Virus record (IMG/VR): IMGVR_UViG_3300031673_000041
Location: 1 to 61,382 of that record
Source: a virus
Direction: 5' to 3' (one strand)
DNA: 61,382 bases
The notes under the pieces were generated by a model. That model was not told where the DNA came from. It was given only the letters and a program-made list of their open reading frames with translations, and made no database searches. The position numbers and the translations under genes are program-made. Shown here in pieces: positions 47,960-58,356 of this stretch. How positions within the stretch are numbered: the first letter of the stretch is position 1; the number at the start of each line of letters is the position of its first letter.

Positions 47960-48428
47960 AATAATCGAGGATTGTCAGCGATGTATTGAGGCATTAATCG
48001 CTAAATTATGTTCAACGACAGTACCCTGGACAAGTTGGACATCAACACTTGGGCGACCAGAGACAGATCGATGGGAACTTGCATCATCGTTTATTTACAC
48101 AATGGAACCATATTTTGTAGAAATAACAGGACAACAACAAGGCGGAAGTAGTCTGGCTATTTATGAAGTGATTATCGGAACGTGGAACAACAGAAAGTCA
48201 GGAGGTGCGGAGGAAATAAATATAATGACGTCCCGCATCCAAAATCTGTTTCAAGTTCCGGCAACGTGGAGTACAGCATTTACGATCACAATTAATAGTG
48301 TGGTATTTACCGATACAACCTTGCGAGCGCAGGGGATCGGGATATTAGGTATCACTGGAGCCAGACAGATAGAAACAGAAGAAAAGAAAGAGTTTAGGAA
48401 CGAACAAACATTGCGATTTATCGCATAA
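47940..48428 (+). CDS. tail terminator candidate (162 aa)
   Basis: internal ATG of track ORF 47880..48428 after AAGGAA; immediately upstream of the major tail gene. Confidence 0.45.
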   Translation: MAVRATEIIEDCQRCIEALIAKLCSTTVPWTSWTSTLGRPETDRWELASSFIYTMEPYFVEITGQQQGGSSLAIYEVIIGTWNNRKSGGAEEINIMTSRIQNLFQVPATWSTAFTITINSVVFTDTTLRAQGIGILGITGARQIETEEKKEFRNEQTLRFIA

Positions 48429-48446
48429 CAGAAGGAGATTAATCAC

Positions 48447-49244
48447 ATGGCAGTAACAGACCAATTAGCGAAACCACTTGAATCCACGCATCAAATGGGA
48501 AGGTTTACGCTAAATAGAATCGTGAGACAGGACGCTGCTGTAACTAAACCGATAGCATGGGCGAATGTTGAAGCGATTGTGGCAATCAGTATCGGGGAGC
48601 CTACTTTCCGATATACCTACGACCAGCATCAGCAAGGAGCCGGTGACGAAGCGAACGAGATCAAGCGAGATCCGAGATGGAACGGCACGGTCACAGTTCT
48701 CGCAGGCCAGATCGGGGATTTTATCGCTGCAATCGAAGGCAAAACATGGGGAACGGCGCAGGCTGTAATGTCAGCACGAATGGACAGCGACAATCCTATG
48801 GTACACTGGGAAGCTATTTGTCGAGATGCTGATAATTCCACACATTTATTCAGTCTGGTTATTCAGGATATGATTATCGATAGTTTTGGCTTCGACAATC
48901 CAATGGACTACAGCGACCGGTCCATTCCGTTTCATACTTACCACGAGCCGTTTATTTTAGCTCAAGGTTATGAAATGGTATTCGATAAGTTCGCTGCAAC
49001 ACCCACGACATCGACTTATACATTGTCTTGTTCAACACCAGCTACCTTATTGACCGCAACTGAACATGATGACTGGGACTTCAACAATGCTGTGTTTATT
49101 AAAAATGAAGACCATTCAGCAGGTGATGTTACCGGGCGCAGAGTTCGAGCGGCTGTATCGATTACGGCGGCCTCTCTTATATTTACAGCAGGGCTTCCGG
49201 CAGCGACAGATGAGGTTAGCGTACTGTACGCAAAAGCAACTTAA
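48447..49244 (+). CDS. major tail (tube) protein candidate
   Basis: SD GAAGGAGA upstream; 265 aa; position between the head-tail genes and the chaperone/tape-measure genes. Confidence 0.6.
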   Translation: MAVTDQLAKPLESTHQMGRFTLNRIVRQDAAVTKPIAWANVEAIVAISIGEPTFRYTYDQHQQGAGDEANEIKRDPRWNGTVTVLAGQIGDFIAAIEGKTWGTAQAVMSARMDSDNPMVHWEAICRDADNSTHLFSLVIQDMIIDSFGFDNPMDYSDRSIPFHTYHEPFILAQGYEMVFDKFAATPTTSTYTLSCSTPATLLTATEHDDWDFNNAVFIKNEDHSAGDVTGRRVRAAVSITAASLIFTAGLPAATDEVSVLYAKAT

Positions 49245-49265
49245 TAACTGATTGGAGGTTATGAC

Positions 49266-49664
49266 ATGGGAAATGAAAAAGGAGAAACGCAAAAGCCGCG
49301 AAAGTTTACGACATTTCGTTTCCATATTATGGGAGCGATTGCAATGCTCACGGCGGATAATCCGGGAGGATCGTATTATCCGGATAGCATATACGTTGAA
49401 AAGGATTTTCGAAGAGCAGGCGCTCTGGTAGCCATAGCAGTTTATGATGATCCGGAGCGTCTACCTTCGAGCGAGGCGTTACAACCATATACCCGAAGAG
49501 ACTTTCAAGAGAATTTCGTCAAGCTGAAAAGAATGTGCAGGGATGCGATTGACGATATGGTGAAAAAGTCTAAGGAGGAAGAAGAAGTCAAAAAGATGCA
49601 AATAGTAGAGGATAAAATTAACGGTAAAAAGGAGACAAGCGAAAATGACACAGAGACCAATTGA
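49266..49664 (+). CDS. tail assembly chaperone candidate (132 aa)
   Basis: SD TTGGAGG upstream; position before the tape measure gene; acidic C-terminus. Confidence 0.45.
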   Translation: MGNEKGETQKPRKFTTFRFHIMGAIAMLTADNPGGSYYPDSIYVEKDFRRAGALVAIAVYDDPERLPSSEALQPYTRRDFQENFVKLKRMCRDAIDDMVKKSKEEEEVKKMQIVEDKINGKKETSENDTETN

Positions 49665-50196
49665 TTTATTTGTGGCTGCTCACCAAAAAAGAGTAATTGA
49701 TGAACGATTAGAATTGCCTGTCGGGGACGGTGTTACGGTCAGCGCATTGTTGGAAGCCCCCGACATTTACGATATTCAAGGCGTTCAGGATATTTTGTAT
49801 CGGAAGGTTTTTGCAAAGTATCGAAAAGAAGGCTTGCATTTAGAAAAGATCGATGAGGCTGAATGGGAAAGAGATTTAAAACTATACGATCCGGATGTTC
49901 GCAAGTTACAAGAAAAGCCTGCAAATTATGCACAACAGGGAGCGGAAAAGACAGCAAGGGTTCAGACCATTCAAGAGCTTATCCCAAAATATCTCAAAGA
50001 TCCCGCTACTAAGGAATTATTATTTCCTACAGAAGCGGAACAAGTGGCATTTAAAAAGATTATTCGATCTGATCCAGGACTGTCGAGTATGTTAGCGAAA
50101 GCGTACATTAATATTGCTAAGAAGCTCAAAGAGGTTAGCAAGCAAGCAAAAAACTTGTCAGCACCCACGCCGGATGGAAAGTCAGAGAAAAAGTAG
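49645..50196 (+). CDS. tail assembly protein candidate (183 aa)
   Basis: own SD AAAAGGAGA plus ATG; overlaps the previous CDS by 20 nt in the +1 frame. Confidence 0.45.
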   Translation: MTQRPIDLFVAAHQKRVIDERLELPVGDGVTVSALLEAPDIYDIQGVQDILYRKVFAKYRKEGLHLEKIDEAEWERDLKLYDPDVRKLQEKPANYAQQGAEKTARVQTIQELIPKYLKDPATKELLFPTEAEQVAFKKIIRSDPGLSSMLAKAYINIAKKLKEVSKQAKNLSAPTPDGKSEKK

Positions 50197-50270
50197 CTCG
50201 GCGATATGGGTGCCTTCCATTTTCGAAGGAGTTTACGGAAGCGTGGAGCAATATATATCAAAGGGAAATA

Positions 50271-50552
50271 ATGATGCACAGCCTTGCGATAGATGACGAT
50301 TATCAAGTAATGATTGACCAATTATTTAAAATCATGGATGGAATAGGAACAGATATTCATAACCAGTTACAGTTATTAATTAATCAAAGACTCAAAAGTC
50401 CGAGAAGGGGGCTCATGTCGTTATTTAAAAAGAATCCAAAACCACAGGATAATTTAAAGCAAGGATCGTTTATGTCAGGTTTTGGTTCTGGTCAAGTAAT
50501 ACACACAAGAGATAGAGAGGGAAATCCAATGACAGTACAAATGGCGGATTGA
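50271..50552 (+). CDS. hypothetical protein (93 aa)
   Basis: SD AAAGGGAAA upstream; just upstream of the tape measure gene. Confidence 0.5.
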   Translation: MMHSLAIDDDYQVMIDQLFKIMDGIGTDIHNQLQLLINQRLKSPRRGLMSLFKKNPKPQDNLKQGSFMSGFGSGQVIHTRDREGNPMTVQMAD

Positions 50553-50556
50553 TAAT

Positions 50557-53500
50557 ATGGGTATGTTTACTGGACTCACTGGTGGTGGCGTAGGGGATAT
50601 TGTAGGGTTTGTAAAATTTTCCGGAATAGACCAAGCGAATGCGGATCTCGACAGGCTGAACGCAAAAGTTAGTAATGCCAGTCAAGTAATGAACAAGACT
50701 CTTAATATTACCATGCTCGCTGGGGCAGCAGCGATGGGAGCGGCCGCCATTGCATCTATTAAGTTTGAATCAGCATTTGCCGGAGTTACTAAGACAGTCG
50801 AAGGACTCCGTGACCCGATGGGTAAACTCACCGCAGAGGGTGAGGCAATGGCTAAATCCATTCGGGGCATTTCTCTTGAGACACCCATCGCAGTTGGTGA
50901 ATTAGCACGAATCGGAGAACTTGGTGGACAGTTAGGAATAGCAAGGGGCGACTTAACTTCATTCATTGACACTATTTCAAAAATAGCCGTAACAACAGAC
51001 TTAACTATTGAGTCAGCTTCGACAGACATGGCTCGGTTTGTCAATATCACAAAACAGGTTGCCCCAGAAGGCATGACGGCAGCGATGCAGATTGAACGAC
51101 TTGGTTCTACCGTTGTTGATTTGGGAAATAATTTAGCCACGACAGAATCAGAAATTCTATCAATGGGTATGAGGTTAGCGGGTGCAGGAAATCAGATCGG
51201 ATTATCGCAAGCTGAAATACTTGGATTATCAGGGGCATTATCTTCTGTTGGTTTAGAAGCACAAATGGGCGGTACTGCTATTTCTAAGGCAATGATTGAA
51301 ATGGCTAATAGTGTCGCTGTAGGTGGCCCAAAACTCGAAGCATTTGCAGATGCAGCCAGAATGTCATCGGATGAATTTGCTAATTTATTTAAAGAAGATG
51401 CAGCCGCAGCAATCACGGCATTTATTACCGGGCTTGGAGATGTTAGCGAAACAGGTGGAAATACTTTTGCTGTTCTTGAAGATTTGGGATTTTCAGAAAT
51501 CAGGCTTCGGGATGCTTTATTGCGAGCCAGTTCCGCAAGCGATTTATTCTCAAAGTCTATACAGATGGGATCGGATGCCTATGTAGAGAATAACGCTTTA
51601 AATAAGGAAGCAGCGCAACGATTTGGAACAACTGAATCACAATTAAAGATATTAAAAAATATTATTGTTGATACGTTTATTTCTATTGGCAATGACTTTG
51701 TTCCCGTATTGAATGATATGTTGACCGCATTTAATCAGCATCCGGAAGCGATTCAATCTGTTATAAAGGTATTGGGAAAAGCTACTATTGCAATAGGGGG
51801 GCTCGCAGTTGCAACAAAAGCCTATTTATTAGTGGCTAAATTAGCAGGTATAAATACAGCGGGATTTGCAGCGGCATTCGGCCCTATCGGTCTGGTGATT
51901 GCCGGAGTCACAGTCGCTATGGCTGCTCTCAAAGAGATTAATGATAAATATTATGCTAAGCAGATTGAAACAATACAAGCAACCAGTGATGAAATAGAGG
52001 AAATGGATGCACTTGCAAAAATCATCGGTGAATCGGAAAAGGTCACAGTAGACGTATGGAGAGCGCAAGAAGATTTTGAGGAAGCATTGCGCAAGGTCGG
52101 TATTGAAGCGAATGTAACAAGGGAGAATGTTCGTGAATTGAATGAGCAATACCGGAAGATGCGAGAGGAATCTATCAATGCACAGATTGCTGATTTAAAA
52201 ATAAAACTCGACTCATTAAATCAGAATCTTGGGGTTGCTGCTGGATATTTAGGGAACGTTTATAATAGTACCGATGAATGGGAGCGGAAATTAGCGGCAC
52301 TGGAAGCAGAGTTACTCGAACTCAATCCACCACTTGAAGAAACGGTTACAAATACCGATGAACTCGCAGGGGCAATGGAAGACGAAGCATTAGCAGTGAA
52401 AGCATTAAATGATCCCTTTGCAGAGATGCTAAAAACAATGGAGGATGGTGTCGAACCGATACAGTCATTGAGAGACCAGTTCCATATAATTAAAGAGGAA
52501 ACGGCGTTATGGTCTGATCAAATCAAGGGAGTTCCGGGCAAGATTGTTGACGTAGGTACAGCTGCTGATGGAGCAAACAAACCGCTTGAATATGAGGTTG
52601 GGTTGTGGGGGCAATTAGTCCATGAGATAAAAACAGGAGAGGGAACATTAGTAAAGGATGCTGCATTAGTTTTTAACATAGCTGGTAAATTAGGGATATT
52701 TAACGAAGAAACAAAAACAGCGATTGATAAAACTGTCAGTTTGGTTGCCAGTTTTAATACCCTTAGCACTACAGGGCAGATATTGAGCGGTATTTCGCTT
52801 GGGATAGACTTACTGTCGTATGGTTATGATTTATTGTTTGGAAGTGCTGAAAGAATACCAATGACCTTAGAAGATGTTACGGCTCATTTTGATACAATGG
52901 GTATATCCATTGATAATATTCAGGCTAATCTTGAAGCATTAAATGCAGAATTTAATTTACCAGTTTTGGAAAAGTACGGACAGGATTTAGCATACGCAGT
53001 TGATCAAGTTGTATTGCAGGAAAGTTTAACCGGATCATGGGCTATGCGGGTTGAAGAATTGACGATAGCTATTGGCAAGTTGAGTGGGGCATTTAATTTT
53101 ATGACTCTATTCGACGAAGCAGTTCAGGGATATAGTGCTTTTAATGATGAGATTGAACGGATGTTTGTTTTATTTGGTGGTGGCTTAGCTCCCGGAACTG
53201 ATCCTGCTGGATTTGCAGAACTGTTAACAGGTAGTATTATTTCACTTGGGGTTGAGATGTCAAGGGTGCCAGTAGATTCAGAGGCATGGAGGTTGTTAAA
53301 TGCTGAATGGATGGAAAGTCGGCAATCATTGACTGATTTGGCAACTATGTATCCTGAAGTATTGCAATATCTTCAAGATCATGCCGTATATGGTCAAGAC
53401 TTAACTTGGATGTTAATAGAGGAAACGGTGGCAACCGATGCTTTAAGTGTTTCGACAAAAAGGGTTATAAAATCTACTGGGGAGAGTGCGGCTGCGGTTG

Positions 53501-54837
53501 ATGGTATGGGTGAGTCTGCCGGTAAGGCTTTTACTAAATTAAATATGTATGATGATAAAATTTTTGATATAGCGCAGAGAGCTATACCGCCCGGACTTTT
53601 AGACGAATCATTAGCAGAAATTGATGTTGCACTTGTAAAAATGGATGAATATCAAACTATTATAAATAATCTTGAAGATAGAAAAATTGAAATAAAAATA
53701 AAAATGGCTGCCGATATTGCCATACAAGAAGGTCGCATAGCTAATTTTGATGATATAATCAAAACATTAACGAGGGGGCTTGGTGCAGGTGGTCATTTAG
53801 TTGAATATACTATTCCCATTGAAACAAAGATCGGGACTGAAACCGTAATTGAACAAATAAAGCAATTACGTTATGAAGCTGAAAGTGGCATAGATTTTTA
53901 TAAAATCGCTCAAAGTCTTGCAGAGTTAACTGGCGGATCGTTAGCATTGACAATCCAATGGGAAGACATGCTCGCTGTAATGTTTCAGGATTATACTTTA
54001 TTTGAACAGGACATGAAAACAGCAACGGAAACCATTGACCAGTTACTCTACTTCGACATTGATTTAGATACTACTTTTGCGGATGAACAAATTAACGCAA
54101 TGATATTCCAGTGGCAAAGCTATATTGATGGATTGAGTCCGGGAAGTCAAGCTCAAATAGATGCACAGGCAGGACTTAATTCTTTGATTACAAAGTTTAC
54201 TGAGATGGGTGGAATTGTTGATGAGGATATGGCGATTGAATTTAATATCGAACAGGCTGAACTTGCAGCAGCAGAAGCGGAAGGATTAATTGTTGGGATA
54301 AGAACAACCGCAGAAGGTGAAATTGCACAAATCGATCTTGATATAAGTGCGGCACAGAAAGCATTTAATGATTTGGCATTAGTCATACAAGGCATTGTCG
54401 ATATGTTATTGGAAACTTATGGTATAACGATAGATGTCCCAGACATTCCGCCAATTTATATCGATGTCAGACCAAGATATTCTTCAGAATGGAATCCGGG
54501 CGATGATCCGGGCATTCCAAGTGCCCCCGCTATGGCAGAGGGTGGGAGTCTTGCAAGTACCGGATTGATTCTTGCCCATGCAGGGGAAACCGTTATTCGT
54601 CCTGCGGGAACACAGAAATTCGGAACAGCAAATATGGAGGCATTCAACAGGACACTCGACCCATCAGTTCTGGGTGGTCAGCAGGGACGCCAATATCGGG
54701 AACAGGATTCCGGCAAAATATCAGTTGAAATTAGAGAGGCAAATCGACATACCTATGCAAGAGTTTATAAAGAAAAAATCAATCAATCTAAAGAATATGT
54801 GGAGCGACAGAACTCTGCTTCCGGGAGTCCGTTCTAA
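50557..54837 (+). CDS. tail tape measure protein
   Basis: 1426 aa. N-terminal TMP core pattern (SAFAGVTKTVEG ... LGGQLGI ... GMRLAGAG), hydrophobic central segments, long helical regions. Confidence 0.9.
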   Translation: MGMFTGLTGGGVGDIVGFVKFSGIDQANADLDRLNAKVSNASQVMNKTLNITMLAGAAAMGAAAIASIKFESAFAGVTKTVEGLRDPMGKLTAEGEAMAKSIRGISLETPIAVGELARIGELGGQLGIARGDLTSFIDTISKIAVTTDLTIESASTDMARFVNITKQVAPEGMTAAMQIERLGSTVVDLGNNLATTESEILSMGMRLAGAGNQIGLSQAEILGLSGALSSVGLEAQMGGTAISKAMIEMANSVAVGGPKLEAFADAARMSSDEFANLFKEDAAAAITAFITGLGDVSETGGNTFAVLEDLGFSEIRLRDALLRASSASDLFSKSIQMGSDAYVENNALNKEAAQRFGTTESQLKILKNIIVDTFISIGNDFVPVLNDMLTAFNQHPEAIQSVIKVLGKATIAIGGLAVATKAYLLVAKLAGINTAGFAAAFGPIGLVIAGVTVAMAALKEINDKYYAKQIETIQATSDEIEEMDALAKIIGESEKVTVDVWRAQEDFEEALRKVGIEANVTRENVRELNEQYRKMREESINAQIADLKIKLDSLNQNLGVAAGYLGNVYNSTDEWERKLAALEAELLELNPPLEETVTNTDELAGAMEDEALAVKALNDPFAEMLKTMEDGVEPIQSLRDQFHIIKEETALWSDQIKGVPGKIVDVGTAADGANKPLEYEVGLWGQLVHEIKTGEGTLVKDAALVFNIAGKLGIFNEETKTAIDKTVSLVASFNTLSTTGQILSGISLGIDLLSYGYDLLFGSAERIPMTLEDVTAHFDTMGISIDNIQANLEALNAEFNLPVLEKYGQDLAYAVDQVVLQESLTGSWAMRVEELTIAIGKLSGAFNFMTLFDEAVQGYSAFNDEIERMFVLFGGGLAPGTDPAGFAELLTGSIISLGVEMSRVPVDSEAWRLLNAEWMESRQSLTDLATMYPEVLQYLQDHAVYGQDLTWMLIEETVATDALSVSTKRVIKSTGESAAAVDGMGESAGKAFTKLNMYDDKIFDIAQRAIPPGLLDESLAEIDVALVKMDEYQTIINNLEDRKIEIKIKMAADIAIQEGRIANFDDIIKTLTRGLGAGGHLVEYTIPIETKIGTETVIEQIKQLRYEAESGIDFYKIAQSLAELTGGSLALTIQWEDMLAVMFQDYTLFEQDMKTATETIDQLLYFDIDLDTTFADEQINAMIFQWQSYIDGLSPGSQAQIDAQAGLNSLITKFTEMGGIVDEDMAIEFNIEQAELAAAEAEGLIVGIRTTAEGEIAQIDLDISAAQKAFNDLALVIQGIVDMLLETYGITIDVPDIPPIYIDVRPRYSSEWNPGDDPGIPSAPAMAEGGSLASTGLILAHAGETVIRPAGTQKFGTANMEAFNRTLDPSVLGGQQGRQYREQDSGKISVEIREANRHTYARVYKEKINQSKEYVERQNSASGSPF

Positions 54838-55226
54838 TGGCTGAGACTGCGGTTAGATTTGTATTGTCATCTGGTAATGTGGATTTTGATATAAATGAAA
54901 TCTTATACGAGCCAATCGCAAGTAATCAGAGAATAGATATTCAGGAGCGACAGGTCGGCGTTCCGTATGTTAAATTAAAAGGTGATGTTTGGAAAGAATT
55001 GGAGATCACTTTTATTAATCGCAGAAAAATAACACAGACGAAAATCGATCAATTAATTAATGAAGATGACGAAATGGTTTGTTACTATGCTTACTTAAAA
55101 GATACAACTTCCAAATCATTGAATGTTATTTTCTATCCCAAAACGATAACGCATTCATATATATATTCAGTCGGCGAATTAACGGTCAGGGAAGTAAAGT
55201 TAGTATTTTTACAATCATCGAAATAA
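54837..55226 (+). CDS. distal tail protein candidate (129 aa)
   Basis: TAATG overlap with the tape measure gene; call rests on position. Confidence 0.4.
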   Translation: MAETAVRFVLSSGNVDFDINEILYEPIASNQRIDIQERQVGVPYVKLKGDVWKELEITFINRRKITQTKIDQLINEDDEMVCYYAYLKDTTSKSLNVIFYPKTITHSYIYSVGELTVREVKLVFLQSSK

Positions 55227-55238
55227 TGCGGAGAATAA

Positions 55239-58200
55239 ATGCCTCACTATAACACATTGCCACAGGATATCCAGGACGGTATCGATAGCAACCCTACGGC
55301 AGAAGTGCGGATCGAAGTAATTTATGATCCAGACGGTCAGAACGTTCCGCTTGCGTGGAAACATGACATTGTAGACATTTCGCCCATTGTCAATATCAGA
55401 GACATGGATATTGAATGGACTGGGCGACCGACAGCGTACGATATGGTTTTGACGTTCCATGATCCTGATGACTATTTTAATCCAACGAATTCAGAAAGTC
55501 CTTTTTATAATTGTGTCGGAGAATTGCAGAATAATTATTCAACAGGTGCTACGACCATTCGGCTTCTTGATAAATCGGGAGTTAGTTTTTCGGCAGGAAA
55601 AACCGTACAGATTAATGATGGGACAAACTCGCAGGACTTAATTGTAAAATCGTTTACGGCTGCAGCCGGATCAACTTATTATCATTCAATGGAATTCACT
55701 TCCGCACTATCAAGTCCGTATAAAGCCGGAACGAGAATATTCGCAAAGCCAAATGAAAAGACAGAGGTATTGGTCAGACTTCACTTGGTAGGGACAACCG
55801 ATAAAATAACGTGCTACCGTGGGCGTCTCTTAAAAGATCCGGAATGTATTAATGGTAAGGGGATCTTAACGCTGGTTGACTTGAAAAAATATAATCTTGA
55901 TGAAGCAGTAATTGGAGCCGATACAAGTTCGGCAAATAAACTTAAAAGAATGAATACATCTGGGACTCTGGCCGATTCGGTAGTTGTCAGTTCTGGAGCG
56001 GGTGTTACTTTAGATCGATCAAAAGTAGTTGTTTTAGATAACGCGAAACTTGATTCGTGGACGGCGACATTTAGCTCAGCAACAGATTTTACTTTGAAGG
56101 GATCAGAAATTTCGGAAGGTGTTAGTAGTCAGATCGACTTAGAAACAGTTGGTGCTTTAATTGGCACTTCATATCCTTTCTATATTGGTTATGTATATGA
56201 TGTGGCAATTTATAAAAATTATCTTTTATTTGCTAATGGCGGCGATAACGAAAATGCTGTTGTTGTGATTGTAGATATAAGCAATAAACAAAATCCTACA
56301 CATTATGGCAGCTTTGGTGGTTATGGCGCACCGAATTATATGAATGGCGTTGTCAAATTACTTGTAGTTGATAATTATTTATATATGATTTCACAAGTGG
56401 ATGAAATGTTTGTAATTTATGATATGTCAGATATTAATAATCCTTTCATTGTTAGTTCTTTGACTAATATTATTAATAGTACGGATAGTTCTAGTGGTAT
56501 GACTATAGACGGAAATTATGCTTATGTAGTATCGTATACAAATGATGCCTTATATGTTGTTGATATTACAGACAAAACAAATCCCACATTAATCGGAACA
56601 TTTTCAGGTGCGGGTGCGCCAAATTATATGGAACATCCCGGACGTGGAATCGACAAACAAGACGATTATATTTATTTAGGAACCAATGATTCCGACGGTG
56701 CGCTGGTTGTAATTAATGTATCTGATCCTACAACGCCAACATTAGCAGATGTTATTGTACACGGATCACCACCGGGCGATCAATTAAAAAGTGTGCACGA
56801 TATTGTAGTTAATGGGAATTATGCTTATACGATTACAAACAACTATGCCCAAGCCATGTTGACTGTTTGGAATATTTCTGATCCAACAAACGTAACTTAT
56901 GTTACTGATATTAGTGGAGACGGAGCACCGGAATATTTAAATTCATCGTGGACTATGAATTATCGCGATAATCGTATATATATAGTATCGGCCGCCGATA
57001 ATGCGTTAACGATTTTTGATGTATCTGACCCACTCAATATAAGTCACGTTGATGCGATTACTGGGATTGGTTCTCCAATATACTTAGAAACACCTACAAC
57101 GTTTATATTGTCTGGGGATTATGCGTACATTGGAACGAACGGTAGTTCTGCCAGATCAGTTACCGTTGTCCGAATATCAACATCCGATACCAACACGGTC
57201 GGGAAAGAAAGTATTCGAATTCCCGCTGATGCATGGGGCGGAACGCCTGCGGATGGAGAAATAGTAACTTTCGCAACAGCAATTAATTTTGACAGTGTGA
57301 ATGTCGCTCAAGCATTATATAGTTTATATGTTACTTATGGCGGAATTGATAATAATCTTTTGGGTTGTTCGAGTTATTTCGGGGATAAGCAGGTCGGGAC
57401 TTTGCAATTTCCTGCGGCTAAAAATGCCACGTCAATCAAAGTCAAGGTTACCGTTCCAACAATTTTAAAAGCGGCTGAAACCTTAACAATCACAGAGGGA
57501 TCGACAACTGAAGACGTGACAATATCAGTTGGCACAGGAACGCAAAATCAATATCCCGAATATATCTCTTTGACTATTTCCGCTCTGGCTCATTCTTATA
57601 CAACGGCGGCAACAGTCACTTGGAAACAACGAGCAACTCTTGATATAGACTTTAATTGGGACGCTGAATATAATTATTTTGATCAGCAAGATTATAATAT
57701 AAGTCTGTCGCTTGATCGATCAATGAATTACTTACAGGCGATTGAAGAGGTTTCACGCCATGGCGATTGTTTTACTTTTACGGATAACTGGGGCGTTGAA
57801 AAGATACATACTTTCAGACCGCATTATTTTGCGTCAGTTCCCACATATTCCAAGTCAACGAATCTCGCACAACCCGACCCTGAACTGGAAAGCTTCCCAC
57901 TGGTTAATCAGATTACAATAAACTATGGGTATAATCACTTGGCTGGTGAATATCTCTATCAATATATATTTCCTGAATCATTAGAAGAAAATCATAGTTA
58001 CAGCAAGAACGGATTTATCCGAAACAAAACGATTAATCTCACGGGTGCATGGACTCAGGAATATGTCGAAAAACTTGCACGAAGAAAGTACGCAATCTGG
58101 TCTAATGGATTGCAGGGCGTTTTCTTCAACACAACCATGCAGGGGCTTTTACTAAATATTGGTGATCGAATTGCTATCGATAGTGATGAGCCAACATTAG

Positions 58201-58349
58201 ATACGGAACTTGAAATTATCGGAATAACAGGAATGAGATATACCGGGGCATTACAGTTTGAGTTTTTAGGATATGATGCGGAGTTTTTATGGAACAATTA
58301 TTTTTTAATCAACTCGTCAGGCATAGCGACCGGTCGAGTGCTTTGGTGA
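55239..58349 (+). CDS. tail tip/hub protein carrying a 7-blade LVIVD-repeat beta-propeller insert
   Basis: 1036 aa, following the TMP and distal tail genes. Seven ~48-aa units carry VVIVDISNKQNP, FVIYDMSDINNP, LYVVDITDKTNP, LVVINVSDPTTP, LTVWNISDPTNV, LTIFDVSDPLNI and VTVVRISTSD. Confidence 0.7.
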   Translation: MPHYNTLPQDIQDGIDSNPTAEVRIEVIYDPDGQNVPLAWKHDIVDISPIVNIRDMDIEWTGRPTAYDMVLTFHDPDDYFNPTNSESPFYNCVGELQNNYSTGATTIRLLDKSGVSFSAGKTVQINDGTNSQDLIVKSFTAAAGSTYYHSMEFTSALSSPYKAGTRIFAKPNEKTEVLVRLHLVGTTDKITCYRGRLLKDPECINGKGILTLVDLKKYNLDEAVIGADTSSANKLKRMNTSGTLADSVVVSSGAGVTLDRSKVVVLDNAKLDSWTATFSSATDFTLKGSEISEGVSSQIDLETVGALIGTSYPFYIGYVYDVAIYKNYLLFANGGDNENAVVVIVDISNKQNPTHYGSFGGYGAPNYMNGVVKLLVVDNYLYMISQVDEMFVIYDMSDINNPFIVSSLTNIINSTDSSSGMTIDGNYAYVVSYTNDALYVVDITDKTNPTLIGTFSGAGAPNYMEHPGRGIDKQDDYIYLGTNDSDGALVVINVSDPTTPTLADVIVHGSPPGDQLKSVHDIVVNGNYAYTITNNYAQAMLTVWNISDPTNVTYVTDISGDGAPEYLNSSWTMNYRDNRIYIVSAADNALTIFDVSDPLNISHVDAITGIGSPIYLETPTTFILSGDYAYIGTNGSSARSVTVVRISTSDTNTVGKESIRIPADAWGGTPADGEIVTFATAINFDSVNVAQALYSLYVTYGGIDNNLLGCSSYFGDKQVGTLQFPAAKNATSIKVKVTVPTILKAAETLTITEGSTTEDVTISVGTGTQNQYPEYISLTISALAHSYTTAATVTWKQRATLDIDFNWDAEYNYFDQQDYNISLSLDRSMNYLQAIEEVSRHGDCFTFTDNWGVEKIHTFRPHYFASVPTYSKSTNLAQPDPELESFPLVNQITINYGYNHLAGEYLYQYIFPESLEENHSYSKNGFIRNKTINLTGAWTQEYVEKLARRKYAIWSNGLQGVFFNTTMQGLLLNIGDRIAIDSDEPTLDTELEIIGITGMRYTGALQFEFLGYDAEFLWNNYFLINSSGIATGRVLW

Positions 58350-58356
58350 GGTAAAT

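Noticed and set aside
49560-49664. Programmed -1 frameshift joining 49266-49664 to 49645-50196 (G/GT-type chaperone)
   Set aside because: The downstream ORF is in the +1 frame, not -1, and has its own SD and ATG. I saw no obvious slippery heptamer by eye. It is retained only as a low-interest note.
289-55641. Nested or alternative-frame + strand ORFs. These are 289-591, 1134-1421, 8231-8413, 25951-26187, 27134-27325, 27712-27969, 30536-30742, 32654-32848, 38067-38258, 38373-38567 and 39674-40027. Also 43333-43533, 47219-47404, 48565-48768, 49066-49251, 49895-50095, 50114-50296, 51323-51586, 54572-54844 and 55459-55641.
   Set aside because: They lie fully inside longer ORFs that carry recognisable motifs or SD sites. 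They have no SD of their own, and their products look like out-of-frame noise.
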